Assembly: GCA_013239625.1 (NCBI GenBank)
Contig: MU054391.1
Location: forward strand, 7,535,095 to 7,599,094
Reading direction: 5' to 3'
DNA from: Lama guanicoe
Lineage: Eukaryota
DNA: 64,000 nt
The position numbers and the translations under genes are program-made. Each line of letters begins with the position of its first letter. Position 1 is the stretch's first letter. The notes below the pieces were generated by a model. That model saw only the letters and a program-made list of their open reading frames with translations, had not been told where the DNA came from and made no database searches. This document shows, piece after piece, positions 1-12,019 of this stretch.

Positions 1-1519
1 CAGTTTCTTAAGTGCCTTTAGCAAACTAAATAGCATTAATCAATGAACTTGCGCATGAGTCTCAGAATAAACAACACACTGCACAAACGTGAGCATTTCC
101 TCGCAAAACACACAATTATATTGTTGTTTACAGGCAGGTTGTGTGGAGTCTACTAGCCAGCCCTAAGTCCACAAAAGACACGTATAGGATTATACGACAT
201 TTTAAAAAATTGCAGTGCAGTCAGTTTACGATGTTCTGTCAATTTCTGGTGTACAGCATCATGAAGGTTTTGCCACCAGAATATTGTCCACCTCCCAAAT
301 TTGTCCCATAGGGTCCTGACTATATGGTACAAGAAAGAGAATGAGATTTGGAACTGGCTTATTCTGAGCATTTCTTCACTTCTTGACTCTCAGCCTTTAA
401 ACAATTTATTTATTCTGTCTATCCTGTGAAGACCTCAGCAGAGAAAGAAGCTCAGTGAATGGCAAGTTCCCTCCAGTTTATTTCACAGCTTCTCTAAGGC
501 GACGATGCCTTTGGTGATAAGATGGTTACCCCCTGGATCCTACCCCATCTCCCACATTCGTTGCAAAAGGGCAGCTGTAAGTTGAGCCCTTTTCAGCGTG
601 AGGCACCTTGATAAGCCAGTTGAGGATGCCAGAGACAGACTACCCGGCCTGCAAAAAAAGAAAAAGCAAACCGAGAGAAACGGGCTGCAAAGAAACTGGT
701 GGTTGACATTTCTGTGAAATTAACCCACTCGGGCACCTGCAGAAACGAACCGCTTCTCTGACACTCACTGTTGCCGAGTTTCACTGATCGACAGCTTTGC
801 TCTGGAAATCCCAGGTGCCTGAGTGCGGGGCAGAGCTATGAAAATTCAAGCAGGGTGACATTTTCCAAGAAGAATTGGATTAGTAGAAGGGAAGATGCTG
901 CCAAGCGGAAAACCTTTCCGGATGGAGGAGTGATAAACGGCATAAGCAACACCGTACCTTAAACATGATTTTATTCACACTGAAGTGATGGTGACCTTTG
1001 TGTTAAGGCAAACTTGGGCTCCGCAGTCAGCATGTTCCTGTGTCTAATGCTAATGTTCCTCCACCCAGCTGCAAAACCCATCTGCACCATTCTCATGCTT
1101 TTTCTCTCCTTCCTGCACTGGTTATTTTTCCAGGCACGCTTCTTAAACTGTCAGAACTTCGTATTATTTTATAACCCCGAGCCAAACCCTGGTAGCTTGA
1201 GGACTAGCCGGGAGCGACAGACACAAGTGGGAGCTGACCCCTTTTAACACACATGTGCCTGTGAGATAAAGGTGAAAAAATCCAGGACCCTGCTATTGTT
1301 GTGGAAAATGGCTTTTCCTTATCTGAGCTCAATTTGTGTCCCTGGGGTCTTTTTAGGAAGGAAGCTCTTTTTGCTGAGTCACTCTCTCAAGGATGTCCTG
1401 AGGGTGATTAACTCAGTGCATCTGAGAGGGGGCTACAAAAAAAAAAAAATCCATGAAGTTTGTGAAGGCTAGGGGCATTCTCTATGTTCTACATTCTTTA
1501 GAATAGTCCTATAGGGTTA

Positions 1520-1800
1520 GTATCATTAATCCCATTCTACAGATGGGAAAATAAGAGCTCAAAGAGTTTGACTTAGACAGGGTCACAGAGCTAGTAATTA
1601 TGAAGAATTTGTATCTAGATTTACCTACCTTCAATTCCATAATGATCATAACTGACATTTATTGTGTATTGAACTTGTCCCAAACACTCTAAGGAATTTA
1701 TATGTTTTATCTAGTTATTCCTTGTAAGTCTCTCATTATACCTATTTTAAGATGAAAGCACTGGGGCTAAGAGAGGTTTTGTTACTTTTCCCTATAAATC
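1520..1800 (-). mobile_element. Two adjacent MIR SINE fragments
   Basis: CCCATTCTACAGATGGGAAAATAAGAGCTC and CCTATTTTAAGATGAAAGCACTGGGGCTAAGAGAGGT resemble the reverse-complement MIR core CCCATTTTACAGATGAGGAAACTGAGGC. Confidence 0.75.
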
Positions 1801-2214
1801 ACAAGCAGAACCTTACGTGACGGAGAAAAAGTGTAAGGCAAGTGAGAGTTAAATGTTCATCTTACCCATGCATTGGGTGTTAGGGTAGCGCACGCTTCCA
1901 TCACCATGTTTGATCGTGGGGGGCTTCATAATAATGATGTAATAATGTGGATACAATCGAAGAGAAATTTTAAGCACTTTGAGATCACCAGGCAATCCCC
2001 CTGCCCACAAAAGATTGTAGCAAGGGGCTAACAGACCCTCTGTAGCCATTAAACGATTCACATCCAAGTCAGATGAATCTTTCTCTTTGTAATTGTCACT
2101 CTTGGCACACGTCAGTCACTGAGCTTCAAGGACTGAGTGTTCAAATGAGCTTGCTGAGCAGAGGAATAGTTATTCCAGTGGGATGTGGATTTAATTTCAA
2201 TAAATTTGAATTCA

Positions 2215-2445
2215 GCTCACATTTATTGACAGTGGGTATTCATCAGCTACCACCGAGTGTGTCTTGTGCTTGAACGGTTCAGAGATCATTATCTTATTTA
2301 ATATTCACCACCATTGTGGTTGGTATTATTCTTCACCTCTTTCAATAAAGAAATTGAAGCCCAGTGATGCACAGGCCATAAAATGATGAAGCGGCAGGAC
2401 AAGAATTTGAGCTCGGGATTCTGACTCCACACAGTCTGCTTTTGT
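2215..2445 (-). mobile_element. MIR SINE (diverged)
   Basis: AGCTCACATTTATTGA tail, AAGAAATTGAAGCCCAG core and TCTGACTCCA head in MIR order. Confidence 0.6.
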
Positions 2446-3380
2446 TGTGTCACCATGATCGAAACTCAGGACTTTCTAATTCTGATATTTCAGCCATGAA
2501 ATAGCTCATGGCGTGTTTGGATGTGTCCAGGCATGTGTCCCGATCAACCCCAGTCTCTACATGCAGAAGCTCTGTTCCCACAACTCCTCCCGGATCCTTA
2601 AATACATATAGTAACGTGGCTTCCTTCACTTCCTACTTAGGCTGGAAGAAAAACAGTCTTTTTAAAGCCCTAATTCAGTTTTCATAGCACTCTGGTGGGG
2701 AATGAAGGGGATAAAAAGCCGGCACACAGACCTGTTTCCAAGGCTTCCAGCTGTGTCCATGAAGCAGTAGGCTGGAAGGAAATTTGGAGCACTATTATGG
2801 TATGATTTTAACAAGAGAAACACCTTTTTCAGTTCATTTCTGCCAGCTTTATATAGACAGACCAGCCCTGAGGGTCCCGCAGACCCATTTGTGATAGAAG
2901 CCGCTTGGAATTGTTCATCACAGGTATCCACCTTCCCTCCAGTGCATTTTTTTTTCTCATCTCTCTGCAGTGTCTCTAGAACTTGAACTGCAGATTCATT
3001 AAGCAAGGGCAGGGTCTGCTCTTCGTCAACATAAAACATCTGTCATATTGTCAGTCCTCATTATGCCTTCAATAAAGTATTAGAGTATTTTAGTTTTAAA
3101 ATATACTGCCATTCTGTTTTTCAGCAGGCAAGCCCGGATAGATATTTTCTCCGTTGGTTTATAGATGTTGTTGCTTTCCGTTATCTGCCTTGGATAAAAC
3201 TGTCTCTTCAATAACCACTATTTACAAACTAATTGATTACAGAGAAATGCAAACATTACTGATTCAAGAGCCGTTGGCATTTTCTTTGATATAACTTTCA
3301 AAAGAGAATCATTTGAGGAGTTCTCACTACATATCAGAACTTTTTTATGGTCATCTCTGCAGGTTTCCCCTGCAGTGGTT

Positions 3381-3452
3381 ATAGGAGATTGAACTGTATG
3401 AAAGTGGTTAAAAATTGTCTAATATTAGCAATTTCATGTGGTTCAATCTAGC
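3381..3452. mobile_element. MADE2-like Tc1/mariner MITE (about 70-80 bp palindrome)
   Basis: Inverted arms AGATTGAAC..ATGAAA (3386-3403) and TTTCAT..GTTCAATCT (3432-3449); resembles the recalled MADE2 consensus TAGGTTGAACCATATGAAATTG...CAATTTCATATGGTTCAACCTA. Confidence 0.75.
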
Positions 3453-3639
3453 AACACATGTGGAACATAGCATGTAAGAGATACTTGTCAGATGGATGAA
3501 GAGATGGAAGACAGGTAGGTGTGGATTTGGCCAACTGAAATTTAAAAGGAGATAAGATCGTTCACTTGATAGCAGAAACTCACTCCTTCTCTTTGTTTCT
3601 GTGTCCAGAGGGCATAAAGACTAATCGATATACTTTTGT

Positions 3640-4115
3640 TGCATTCACTAGTTCATCCGTTGACCCTTTTGGTAATTATTTAGCATCTGTGCTGTTTGGA
3701 CAGATGCAGAGTCCAGTGTAGAGACAGAGCAGTTAGCCAATGCGGACCAGACGGTACAGAGAGGAAGCAGGTGCCGCAGTGGAGTTAAGTACATACACCA
3801 GGGATACTCAGAGGATGAGCTCCTAAGATTGCCTTGTGTGGAAGTGAAAAGCTGAGCTGAGTCCTTGAGAGACAAATTCGGAGATCTCAGGAAATGAAGA
3901 TGCTCCAGAAAGGAGAAACAGCATCTAGATAGGCCTGGAAGTACCACTTTCCACTGACAGGAAGGTGAGTTGAGGCTGAAAAAGGAGGAGGAGCCAGATG
4001 AGGAGAGATGTTTTGAGGAGTTTGTACTTGACCTTGAGGGATATGGGAAGACACTGAGTGCTGTGAAACAGGGCAGTAGCTTAGTCACCTTTATATATTA
4101 GAACAGGACATCTAA
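3640..4115 (-). mobile_element. L2 LINE fragment
   Basis: Purine-rich L2-type text (GAGCTGAGTCCTTGAGAGA, CCAGAAAGGAGAAACAGCAT, GGAGTTTGTACTTGACCTTGAGG); explains the Ser-rich minus-strand ORF 3648-4088. Confidence 0.65.
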
Positions 4116-4375
4116 AAATTGACTTGAGAATAAATTTCTCAACTTCAGAAAAAAAAAGGAATAAGAGTTTTGCTGGAATGGAATCAAACTTGTAGATACT
4201 TTTGGTTTAAGTGTGGTGGCTTCTTTACATCTTTACTATCTTGAGTATTTAATTTGTGTACATTATTATCTCATCATTTTGGGGTATTTTTATGTTTTCA
4301 GATTGGTGGGAGAGTAGGTTCAAATCACCTAGTCGACCATTGCTGAAAATAGAAGTCTCATCCACCAGGCATTCA

Positions 4376-5186
4376 GACTTGAATAGACATTTTTCCAAAG
4401 AAGATATACGAACATTCAGCAAGAACATGAAAAGATGTTCAACAGCATTGCCATTAAGGGAATGCAAATTGAAACCACAATGAGGACTGCTTCATACCCA
4501 CTAGGAGAGTTACTAAAAAAAAAAAAAAAAAACCCAAAACGGAAAATAAGTGTTGACAGGAATGTGGAGAAATGGGAATTCTTGTAACTGGCTGGGGAAG
4601 AGTTAAATGGTGCAGTGCAGCCACAGTTTAGTGGTTCCTCAAAAAGTTAAGCAAGGAATTACTGTATGAACCAGCAATCCTACCACTGGATGTACACTCA
4701 GAAAGAATTGGAAACAGGTACTCAGATGAACACTTTTTCACAAATGTTCATAGCAGCACTATTCATAATAGTGAAAAGGCGGAAGCAATGCAAATACCGT
4801 CAGTGGGTGAATGGATAAACAGATGGTGGTCTACACACACAATTATTCAGCCCAAAAAAGGAATAAAGTACCGATACATACTACAACTTGGGTGAAACTT
4901 GAAAACGTTACTCTAAGGGAAAGAAGCCAGACACAAAATGTCATGTATTGTGCGATTCTTTTTGTGTGGAATATCCAGAGAGAGAAAGTAGATGGATGGT
5001 TTCTAGGTACAGGGATGAGGACAGAGGATGTGTGCTTCATGAGCATTGGCTGTTCTTCTGAGTGATCAAAACGTTTTGAAGCTAGAGGGAAGTGGTGGTT
5101 TTACCACATTGTGAATGCACCAAATGCTATTGAATTGTACAATTTCAGATAGTTACTTATGTCATGTGAATTTCATTTCAATAAAA
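4376..5186 (+). mobile_element. L1 (L1MB-like) ORF2 C-terminus plus 3' UTR
   Basis: GACTTGAATAGACATTTTTCCAAAGAAGATATA encodes DLNRHFSKEDI of L1 ORF2; typical 3' UTR (GAATGGATAAAC, GAAAGAAGCCAGACACAAAA) ending in AATAAAA. Confidence 0.92.
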
Positions 5187-5689
5187 GACACTGTACACAG
5201 GGACATATAAGGCAGTTACCAGAATTTTTTAAAGACTCTAAAATCTCTGGTTTTGAAACCTGTGGCAACATAGCTGAGCAAATATCCACAGGTCTAGAAA
5301 CAGAAATTAATATTAATGATGATGATATTTGATATAAAAAAACGCTATTGTTATAGGACGCGTCAGATGAACTAATTATTGACGAGCAAGACAATTTTAA
5401 AATTACTTTTCATTGTAATTAGAGGCAGAGTGATAGATTGCATGGACAGATGTTTTAAATCACATACAAATCATAAAGCTGCTTTCAGTTTCCTGAATGA
5501 CTCCACAAGCTGTAGGAAATGTCAGAGGAAACATCCAAATGCCACTGTATAATCTGATATTTTAAATTAAATTCGTCTAAGAAAATCTAACAAAATTGTG
5601 ATTTATTATAACAAGATTTTACTAGGAAAACCTCTTTGAGATACATCCAAAAAGCTGTCAAGGTAGAGCCGTTGTGTTGTTTGCTACAT

Positions 5690-5789
5690 TTACCAAATAA
5701 CACAGTTTGCCTAGAACTGAGAGGTTTCCAGGGCGCAGGACTAAACCAGGACGGTCTTGGGCAAACTGGGACGAGTTGGTGGTCATCTT
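5690..5789. mobile_element. MER81-like hAT-Blackjack MITE
   Basis: Inverted CAGTTTGCC...GGCAAACTG arms, internal GAGGTTTCCAGGG and a GGACGAGTTGGT..GTCATC end resemble the MER81 consensus. Confidence 0.7.
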
Positions 5790-5904
5790 CTTGTTTGCGG
5801 TCTCATTGGATAAAGTCATCAAAATGAGCAACACCACCTTTTTAATAAATGATCTCTCCATATAGAAATAATAGTCCTATATTATTTAAGATTAAATATC
5901 CTAT

Positions 5905-6838
5905 TTTTCTGTTTGATAACATTATTGAGATGTCTTTGATACATAAAATTACATATACTTAATATATAGAACTTGAAGTTTTGAAATATATAAACATTAT
6001 GAAAAGATCATTGCAAACTAAATAAATTATTCATCACCTTTACATGATTACCATTTGTGTGTGTGTAGATTTATTTTAAGATCTGGCCTCTTAGCAAATT
6101 TCAAGTATGCAGTACAAAGTTAATTATCATCCCCGTGGTATGCACGAAATCTCCAGAATTGATTCATCTTGCGTAACTGAAACTTTACACCCTTTGACCA
6201 ATGTCTTCTCATTTCCTCCTCTCTATACCACCCTCTGCGTCTATGAGTTTGGCTACTTTGGATTCCGTATACCAATGAAATCATACAGAATTTGTTTTTT
6301 TTGTGCCTGAATTGTTTCACTTTGCATAATGTCCATTAGTTTCATCCATGTTGTTGCAAATGGCAAGATTTCCTTCTTTTTTTTAAGGATGAAGAATATT
6401 CCATTTTGTGTGTGTGCGTATTTATATATCACATATATATACAAACATATCATGTATATATCATATTTTCTTTATTCAGTCATCTATTGCTGGACATTAA
6501 GGTTGTTGCCATATCTTGGCTGTTGTGAATCATGCTGTAATGAACACGGGAGTGCAGATATTCCTTGGAGATACTATTTCTTTTGGGTATATACTTAGAA
6601 GTAGGATTGCTGGATCATATGGGAGTTCTATTTTTAATGTTTTGAGGAACGTCGATACAGGTTTCCATAATGGCTCTACCAATTTACATTTCTACTGCAA
6701 GTGCACAAAGGTTCCTTTTCCCACATCCTTATTGACATTTATTATCTTTTATCTTTCTTAATCTTTTTGATAGCAGCCATCCTAACACATGTGAGGTGAT
6801 ATCTCATTGTGATTTGGGTTTGCATTTTTCTGATGATC
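5905..6838 (-). mobile_element. L1 (L1MA-like) 3' end
   Basis: TTCATCCATGTTGTTGCAAATGGCAAGATTTCCTTCTTTTT, GGATTGCTGGATCATATGG, GCCATCCTAACACATGTGAGGTGATATCTCATTGT; minus ORF contains KKEILPFATTWM. Confidence 0.92.
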
Positions 6839-7789
6839 GGTAAAAACAGATTATATGAAGAGTTAAATCTTTTTAGAAAAATTGTGTAAGAATCATTAGC
6901 TCTAGATGTACTACAATTTATATTTTGAAATAATTTATCAGTATTGTCACAACATATAAAATACTTTTAACAGCTCTAGTAACAGTTGCATCAGCAGAAA
7001 GATCCTGCTGAAAAATAAAAAGAAATGATCAAAAATCGTCTGTGATTTTGCTTTTGCCAAGAGTGACTGACGTAATTTTCAATTATATAGATTGAAAATA
7101 AAATTACAGAAGTGTAAATTTTGATGACCTAAGAAGTGAATTTTCAGGAAAACAAAGCATAAAAATGTTATGATCAATGAAGATAACACTTTAATAAAGT
7201 ATTATGCATTATCTTATGTAATATTGTGACACAAATATGACTTTTGCAGTTTGTAAGTTTACATCATTAGTTATGTATCACTGTTATTTCAGTGTGTCTT
7301 ATAAGTAATAAAATATTTTTAAAGGAAAAGTTTTATATTTTAATACCTTCCCCTGTGCTTCTTTCATCCTGCTTTCTGAACTGCAGACCCTGAGGTAGCA
7401 TTTTGCACTGGGCACCACAGATTATGTACTTGATCCTGGTGTGATGCCTGAATTATGGCTTTTATCACCTCCTTCGGGAGACCCAGGTTTCAGATTATTT
7501 TTTCCCTAAGGAAGAAGGTTAAGGCGGAACGTGCCCCATCTCTGACCCAGACTCATTGCTTCCGTAAGACCAGGTAGAAATCTTTCAGCAAATGCTATTG
7601 ACACTGGGTTACCTGGGCTGGTATCTGCACATCAGGCTGACAATCTGAGATATTTAAGACAGACTTTAAAAAAGTTAAATCGTATCAATAACTAGTTGCC
7701 AAACTTGTTCTGAACTTTACACTGTATTCAATTCTTGGGCCAAAGGAAAGGGAGGAGGCTTTTGTTACAGCCGATCCTTTATATAACAA

Positions 7790-7900
7790 GCACTCTTTAC
7801 CGTTTTTCTTGCTTATATGTTATCTCATTTCCTCCTCACAACAACCATATGAAGGCACTACCTTAATTTTAAGTTAGGAAATTGATGCTCTGAGAAATCA
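7790..7900 (-). mobile_element. MIR SINE fragment
   Basis: TATCTCATTTCCTCCTCACAACAACCATATGAAG...AGGAAATTGATGCTCTGAGA. Confidence 0.65.
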
Positions 7901-8604
7901 AATCAGACCACTGACTCAGTCGAATGATTTTTCTGATGCCAACGGATAGGAACATGCACATCAACCCAGAAAGAGTAAGATTGTCCCTTTAGATCACTTG
8001 CCAAAGGCACCAGGAACATTTTAATATATTTGCTCTTTGCCCTTTAAGAAAATGGGTCCCTTGGAACCAGCGCTACTTGTTTTGGTTTTCGGAACCCAGA
8101 ATGAAAGGAAGCAAGCTCTGTATGATAAAGATCTTTCCTGAGATGCTCCCTTTTTAGCATTTAACCTCGCCTTCCAGCATTTCCTGTTACTCATGTGTCT
8201 CTGCCAGTTAAGGAAGGTCCCTTTTTCTATGTTCCCCTTTCTTCACTTGTGCTGTTTATTCTCCATTTGTAAACCATCGAAAAGTTTGTACCTGCAGCCA
8301 ATATTAGGCTTTAACTTTTGACATAATTCAGCTCTCTGGCCAATTTGGGTGTCATTCCACATAGAAAAATAAACAAACAGTTTAGAGTCACCCTGCTGAG
8401 GTAGAGGACCTGAAAGATGGGGTTCACCGAGACCAATCTCTCACAAGTCCTCCCAGGCTGACAAGGTGAGCCCTGACTCCTCTGTGCCCTCACAGCACCG
8501 ATGGAGGAGTCTTCTGAGAACCTAGGGAACCACTCCCTACCTGGATGAGAATTTTCTCTTGATGACCACCAATGGACGCTTGAAATTATAACACAAGGAT
8601 CCAG

Positions 8605-8800
8605 AGCATAGGTGGTCCTGGATTAGGCAAACTTGGGTTTGAGTCTTAACTTGGAAACAGTTGTTTCCTCAGCTACAAAATGGAGATAACAATAGGATTT
8701 ACCTAGTGGAAGGTTATTGCGAAGATTAAATGAAGAAATAATTAAATGAGATAAGGTCTGGCTTCAGTGTATGCATTTGATAACAGTTGATAATTACTAT
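8605..8800 (+). mobile_element. MIR SINE
   Basis: GTTTCCTCAGCTACAAAATGGAGATAACAATAG...GTTATTGCGAAGATTAAATGA. Confidence 0.75.
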
Positions 8801-9529
8801 TTGTGAAGCAATCTTGTAACAGTCAAGTCAATCTTCTTTTCTCTTTCAAATCGATTGATTTGACTCTACTTTTACTTTTAGCGCTTAAGGGAGAGAGCTC
8901 CCCAAGTCTGGAGAAGATAATTAATAAATTGAATCCTAGGACGGGCTGCTGGAGAGAAGCCTGGTGAGGACCCCTTCTCACATGGCTGCAGAGAGGGGTA
9001 CCCTGCTCATCTGAAGAAAGTGACCCCACCTCTGGCTTCCAAGACCCACACTCTAGTCTCTTCCCATCCTTGTTGGCAGCACCCCCAACAAATGCCCCAA
9101 GAATGTGGGTCTCCTTTCTCTCCCCCATCAAACTATAGCTGGCCAACATCTCAACAGGCAACTGTGGGCCACTGAAACGGCTGAAGATATTTAAAGGGTG
9201 GCTTCCTCCTTGGTTCCCTAAGTTTGCATAGAGCCCTGGAAAGTCAGGGCAATGAAATCGCTGTGCTGTTGACATTAGTCTTTGGAGGATCTTAGTAGTG
9301 GGGGAAGGAAGGGCTTTCTGGAACACCCTCCTTGGCGTCAGAGTATGTATATTTGTTTATAGGTTAATGTTGCCCACGCAGAGTTACTATCAGCAGCAAA
9401 CAAGATTTGGGGATGATAATTAGTCATGGATATTTGTCAAGTGCTTGATGAATTCAGCACAATTTCTGAACGCACTTCATTTGGTTTTCCCAACATCAAG
9501 ATGGGCAGACAGTATCTTCATGTAGGAGC

Positions 9530-9705
9530 AGGGTCACAAGACTTGGCTTCAGAAGTCCAGGTTCCTACCTCAGCTCTATCGTTGCCTCTCTGTGTAAGCT
9601 TGGGAAAATGGCTTACCTCACTGAATCTCAGTGCCTGACCTGGCAAACAGAGACCTAAAGAATTGCTAGACTTTGTAGGGCTTTTGAGGGGGTTGATGAG
9701 ACAAA
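9530..9705 (+). mobile_element. MIR SINE
   Basis: CCAGGTTCCTACCTCAGCTCT..CTGTGTAAGCTTGGGAAAATGGCTTACCTCACTGAATCTCAGT. Confidence 0.65.
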
Positions 9706-10531
9706 GTCATCGATATTTGTTGTTTCCCCAGGAATCTGCAGTTCGGTAAGCTCAGGCATAATGAAAGGCAGAGTTAGAATCAGACTGTTGATGTGGGTTC
9801 TCGGGTTCTTCCCCAGCCCTGACTCGGGGAGCTGGAACCGCGCACGCCCTTAGATAGACCCGAGACTCAGGCCAGCACAGGGTCTAAAGCAAGGTGTCAG
9901 CACCACCGTGGCAAGTTTGGGGTCTTGGTGAAACAGCTGGTCAACACAACCGATTTTTATCTCCCAGGAGGTGGATAATAAAAGAAGCCATATATAAAAG
10001 GCTGCTGACTTCTATGTGGGAGGGTGGGGGCAAAGAAGGAGGGAGTCTGTGGCATTTCTGCAGTGAGGAAGCGAAACATCTGACACATTTCGAGGCAGTG
10101 TGAGGTCAGCTGTAATGGAGGTAAAAGAACCTGAGGCCTCACGCTAAGCTGTCAGTGAAGAAAAACAGATCACCAGGAACACAGGGCTCTAAATGATAAG
10201 AATGGTTCTCATTGGGGGAAGATTACCAAGCAGAAACATTGCAGAATTCAGGCTCAGCAGGAGCAACTTTCAGAGGTCTCCACAGTCTGTACGCAGCCTA
10301 GTTTCCTCATTTTGTTATTTGAAAAGATGTATTTTATGCCTAGAACTATTTCTATATCTTTGGATCTCAGGAAGGAGTCATTGGGAATGTATTTGCCTTT
10401 TATTATTAAATTATTCATCAATAATTTTTACATTTTCACGTTACTACTATTAAGCTTCAGTTACTTTGTAAACTGATTATTTTCTGCTTTCTGTTTGTCT
10501 CTTTCTTCTTCCTTTTTAAAAATACATTCTT

Positions 10532-10830
10532 CTTGTTTACAAAATAGAAAAAGATTCGCATACATAGAAAATAAACTATGGTTCGAAGGGGAAAAATGGG
10601 GCAAGAGGGTTAAATTAGGAGTTTGGGATTAGCAGATACAAACTACTATATATAAAATAGATAAACAACATCGCTCTATTATATACCACAGGGAACTGCA
10701 TTCAATATCTTGTAATAACCTAAAATGAAAACAAATCTGAAAAACAACATATATGTATAATTGAATCACTATGCTGTACACCAGCAACTCACACAACAAT
10801 ATAAATCAACTATACTTCAATTAAAAAAAA
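10532..10830 (+). mobile_element. 5'-truncated cetartiodactyl-type L1 3' UTR with poly(A) and target-site duplication
   Basis: GGAGTTTGGGATTAGCAGATACAAACTACTATATATAAAATAGATAAACAAC...GAATCACTATGCTGTACACCAG...AAATCAACTATACTTCAATTAAAAAAAA; flanks AAAAATACATTCTT / AAAAAAATGTTCTT. Confidence 0.9.
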
Positions 10831-12019
10831 TGTTCTTGCCTTCCTTTGTCTGGATTAAACATTATTTCTAGGTTAGGTAGCATTTATCATTCCATTTTTT
10901 CTACTGATTTGGAAATGAAATAGTCCTCATTTTCTTATGGACTATCCTAGAAATTATAGTATGACTAATTAAATTGGCAAAGTATAAAGTTAATTATTAG
11001 CATTACTTTCCTCCCAAGCAATATAAGGCTTTTAATTTTTTCTAAAATTTCCATTATTCCCCTTCTGAGTATAATTGGTGACGGTATTTTTTGTTTTTCT
11101 TTTCTTTTCTTTTTTTAACCCTGTAAGTTAGGTGTTTTATTCTACTAAGCGTTTTTACCATAAGTATCAGTTTAGATGGACCCAGACTATTTTTTTGATC
11201 ACTGTTTCCTCTTCCTTCTCACAACTTCCTTCTGGGATCATTTTATTTCTTTCTGAAGAACACACTTTCGAATGTATTTAGTGCATGTCTGTGAGTAGTA
11301 AACATTATTAGGCTTGCGTATGTGAGCTTTTTAAATTTTGCTCTTATTCTTAAAAGATATTTTGATGAGAGTGAATGCCGTTTAACAGTTTGCAGATGCT
11401 ACCTCCCTTTCTTCTTGTTTCCAACTCATTACATTCCAAGATGCAGTGAGTTACTGAAGGTACAATTATCTCTCTCCAGTGGGAAATCTGTCATTTCTTT
11501 CTGACTGAACTTCTTTTCTTTGTCTTCAGCAGCTTTTAGTTTCATTAGGCCATGTCTAAATGATAATGATCTTCTTTAAATTTACCCTACTTGAGGTATA
11601 TTGGGCTGCCTGCCTTGAAAGACTGAGTTTTTCATTGATCCTGAAAGATTTAAGTTACTACGATTCTAAAATTTCAACTCTCCTCGTTTCTCAAAAAAAT
11701 TTTCAACTCTTCTCATTCCTTCTAGAACTCTTTACGTTGCACCTCCTCATGCTGTGGCTTTCATCATTTATTTTATAATTACAACCCTTTGTCTTGCTGT
11801 ATTGCATAGTGGAGAATTCAGATCAGTCTTCAGCTTGTTTGATCCAATGGTCAACTCACTTTGAATTATTGTAGTGTCAATTTCTAGAACATTTATTTGG
11901 TTATTTTTCAAATCTACCTGGTCGTTTTTTTAATGATCTCTTAATCTTTCTTTTGATTTCTTCTTTTATTTCAGCATATACAATGCAATATGCAATGCAG
12001 TAAATGTAAACATTTATTC

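Larger units (their letters stand above)
5187..7438 (+). mobile_element. hAT-Tip100 (Zaphod-like) DNA transposon: decayed transposase 3' part and right terminus, interrupted by insertions at about 5575-6840
   Basis: Manual translation: EFFKDSKISGFETCGNIAEQISTGLE (from 5222), LYEELNLFRKIV (about 6851), YKILLTALVTVASAERSC* (from 6955; hAT dimerization motif), QE*LT..SII*IEN..VNFDDL; terminus TTTTGCACTGGGCACCACAGATTATGTACTTGATCCTG. Confidence 0.85.

Noticed and set aside
1045..1054. TAATGCTAAT resembling the start of miR-155
   Set aside because: Only 10 nt match; the continuation differs and there is no complementary arm.
3381..3452. miRNA-like hairpin
   Set aside because: Fully explained by the terminal inverted repeats of a MADE2-like MITE.
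3840..3849. EICE-like GGAAGTGAAA
   Set aside because: Lies within purine-rich L2 sequence where such matches arise easily; no supporting cluster.
8823..9326. 167-aa minus-strand ORF
   Set aside because: Non-ATG start, no recognisable motif, length compatible with chance.
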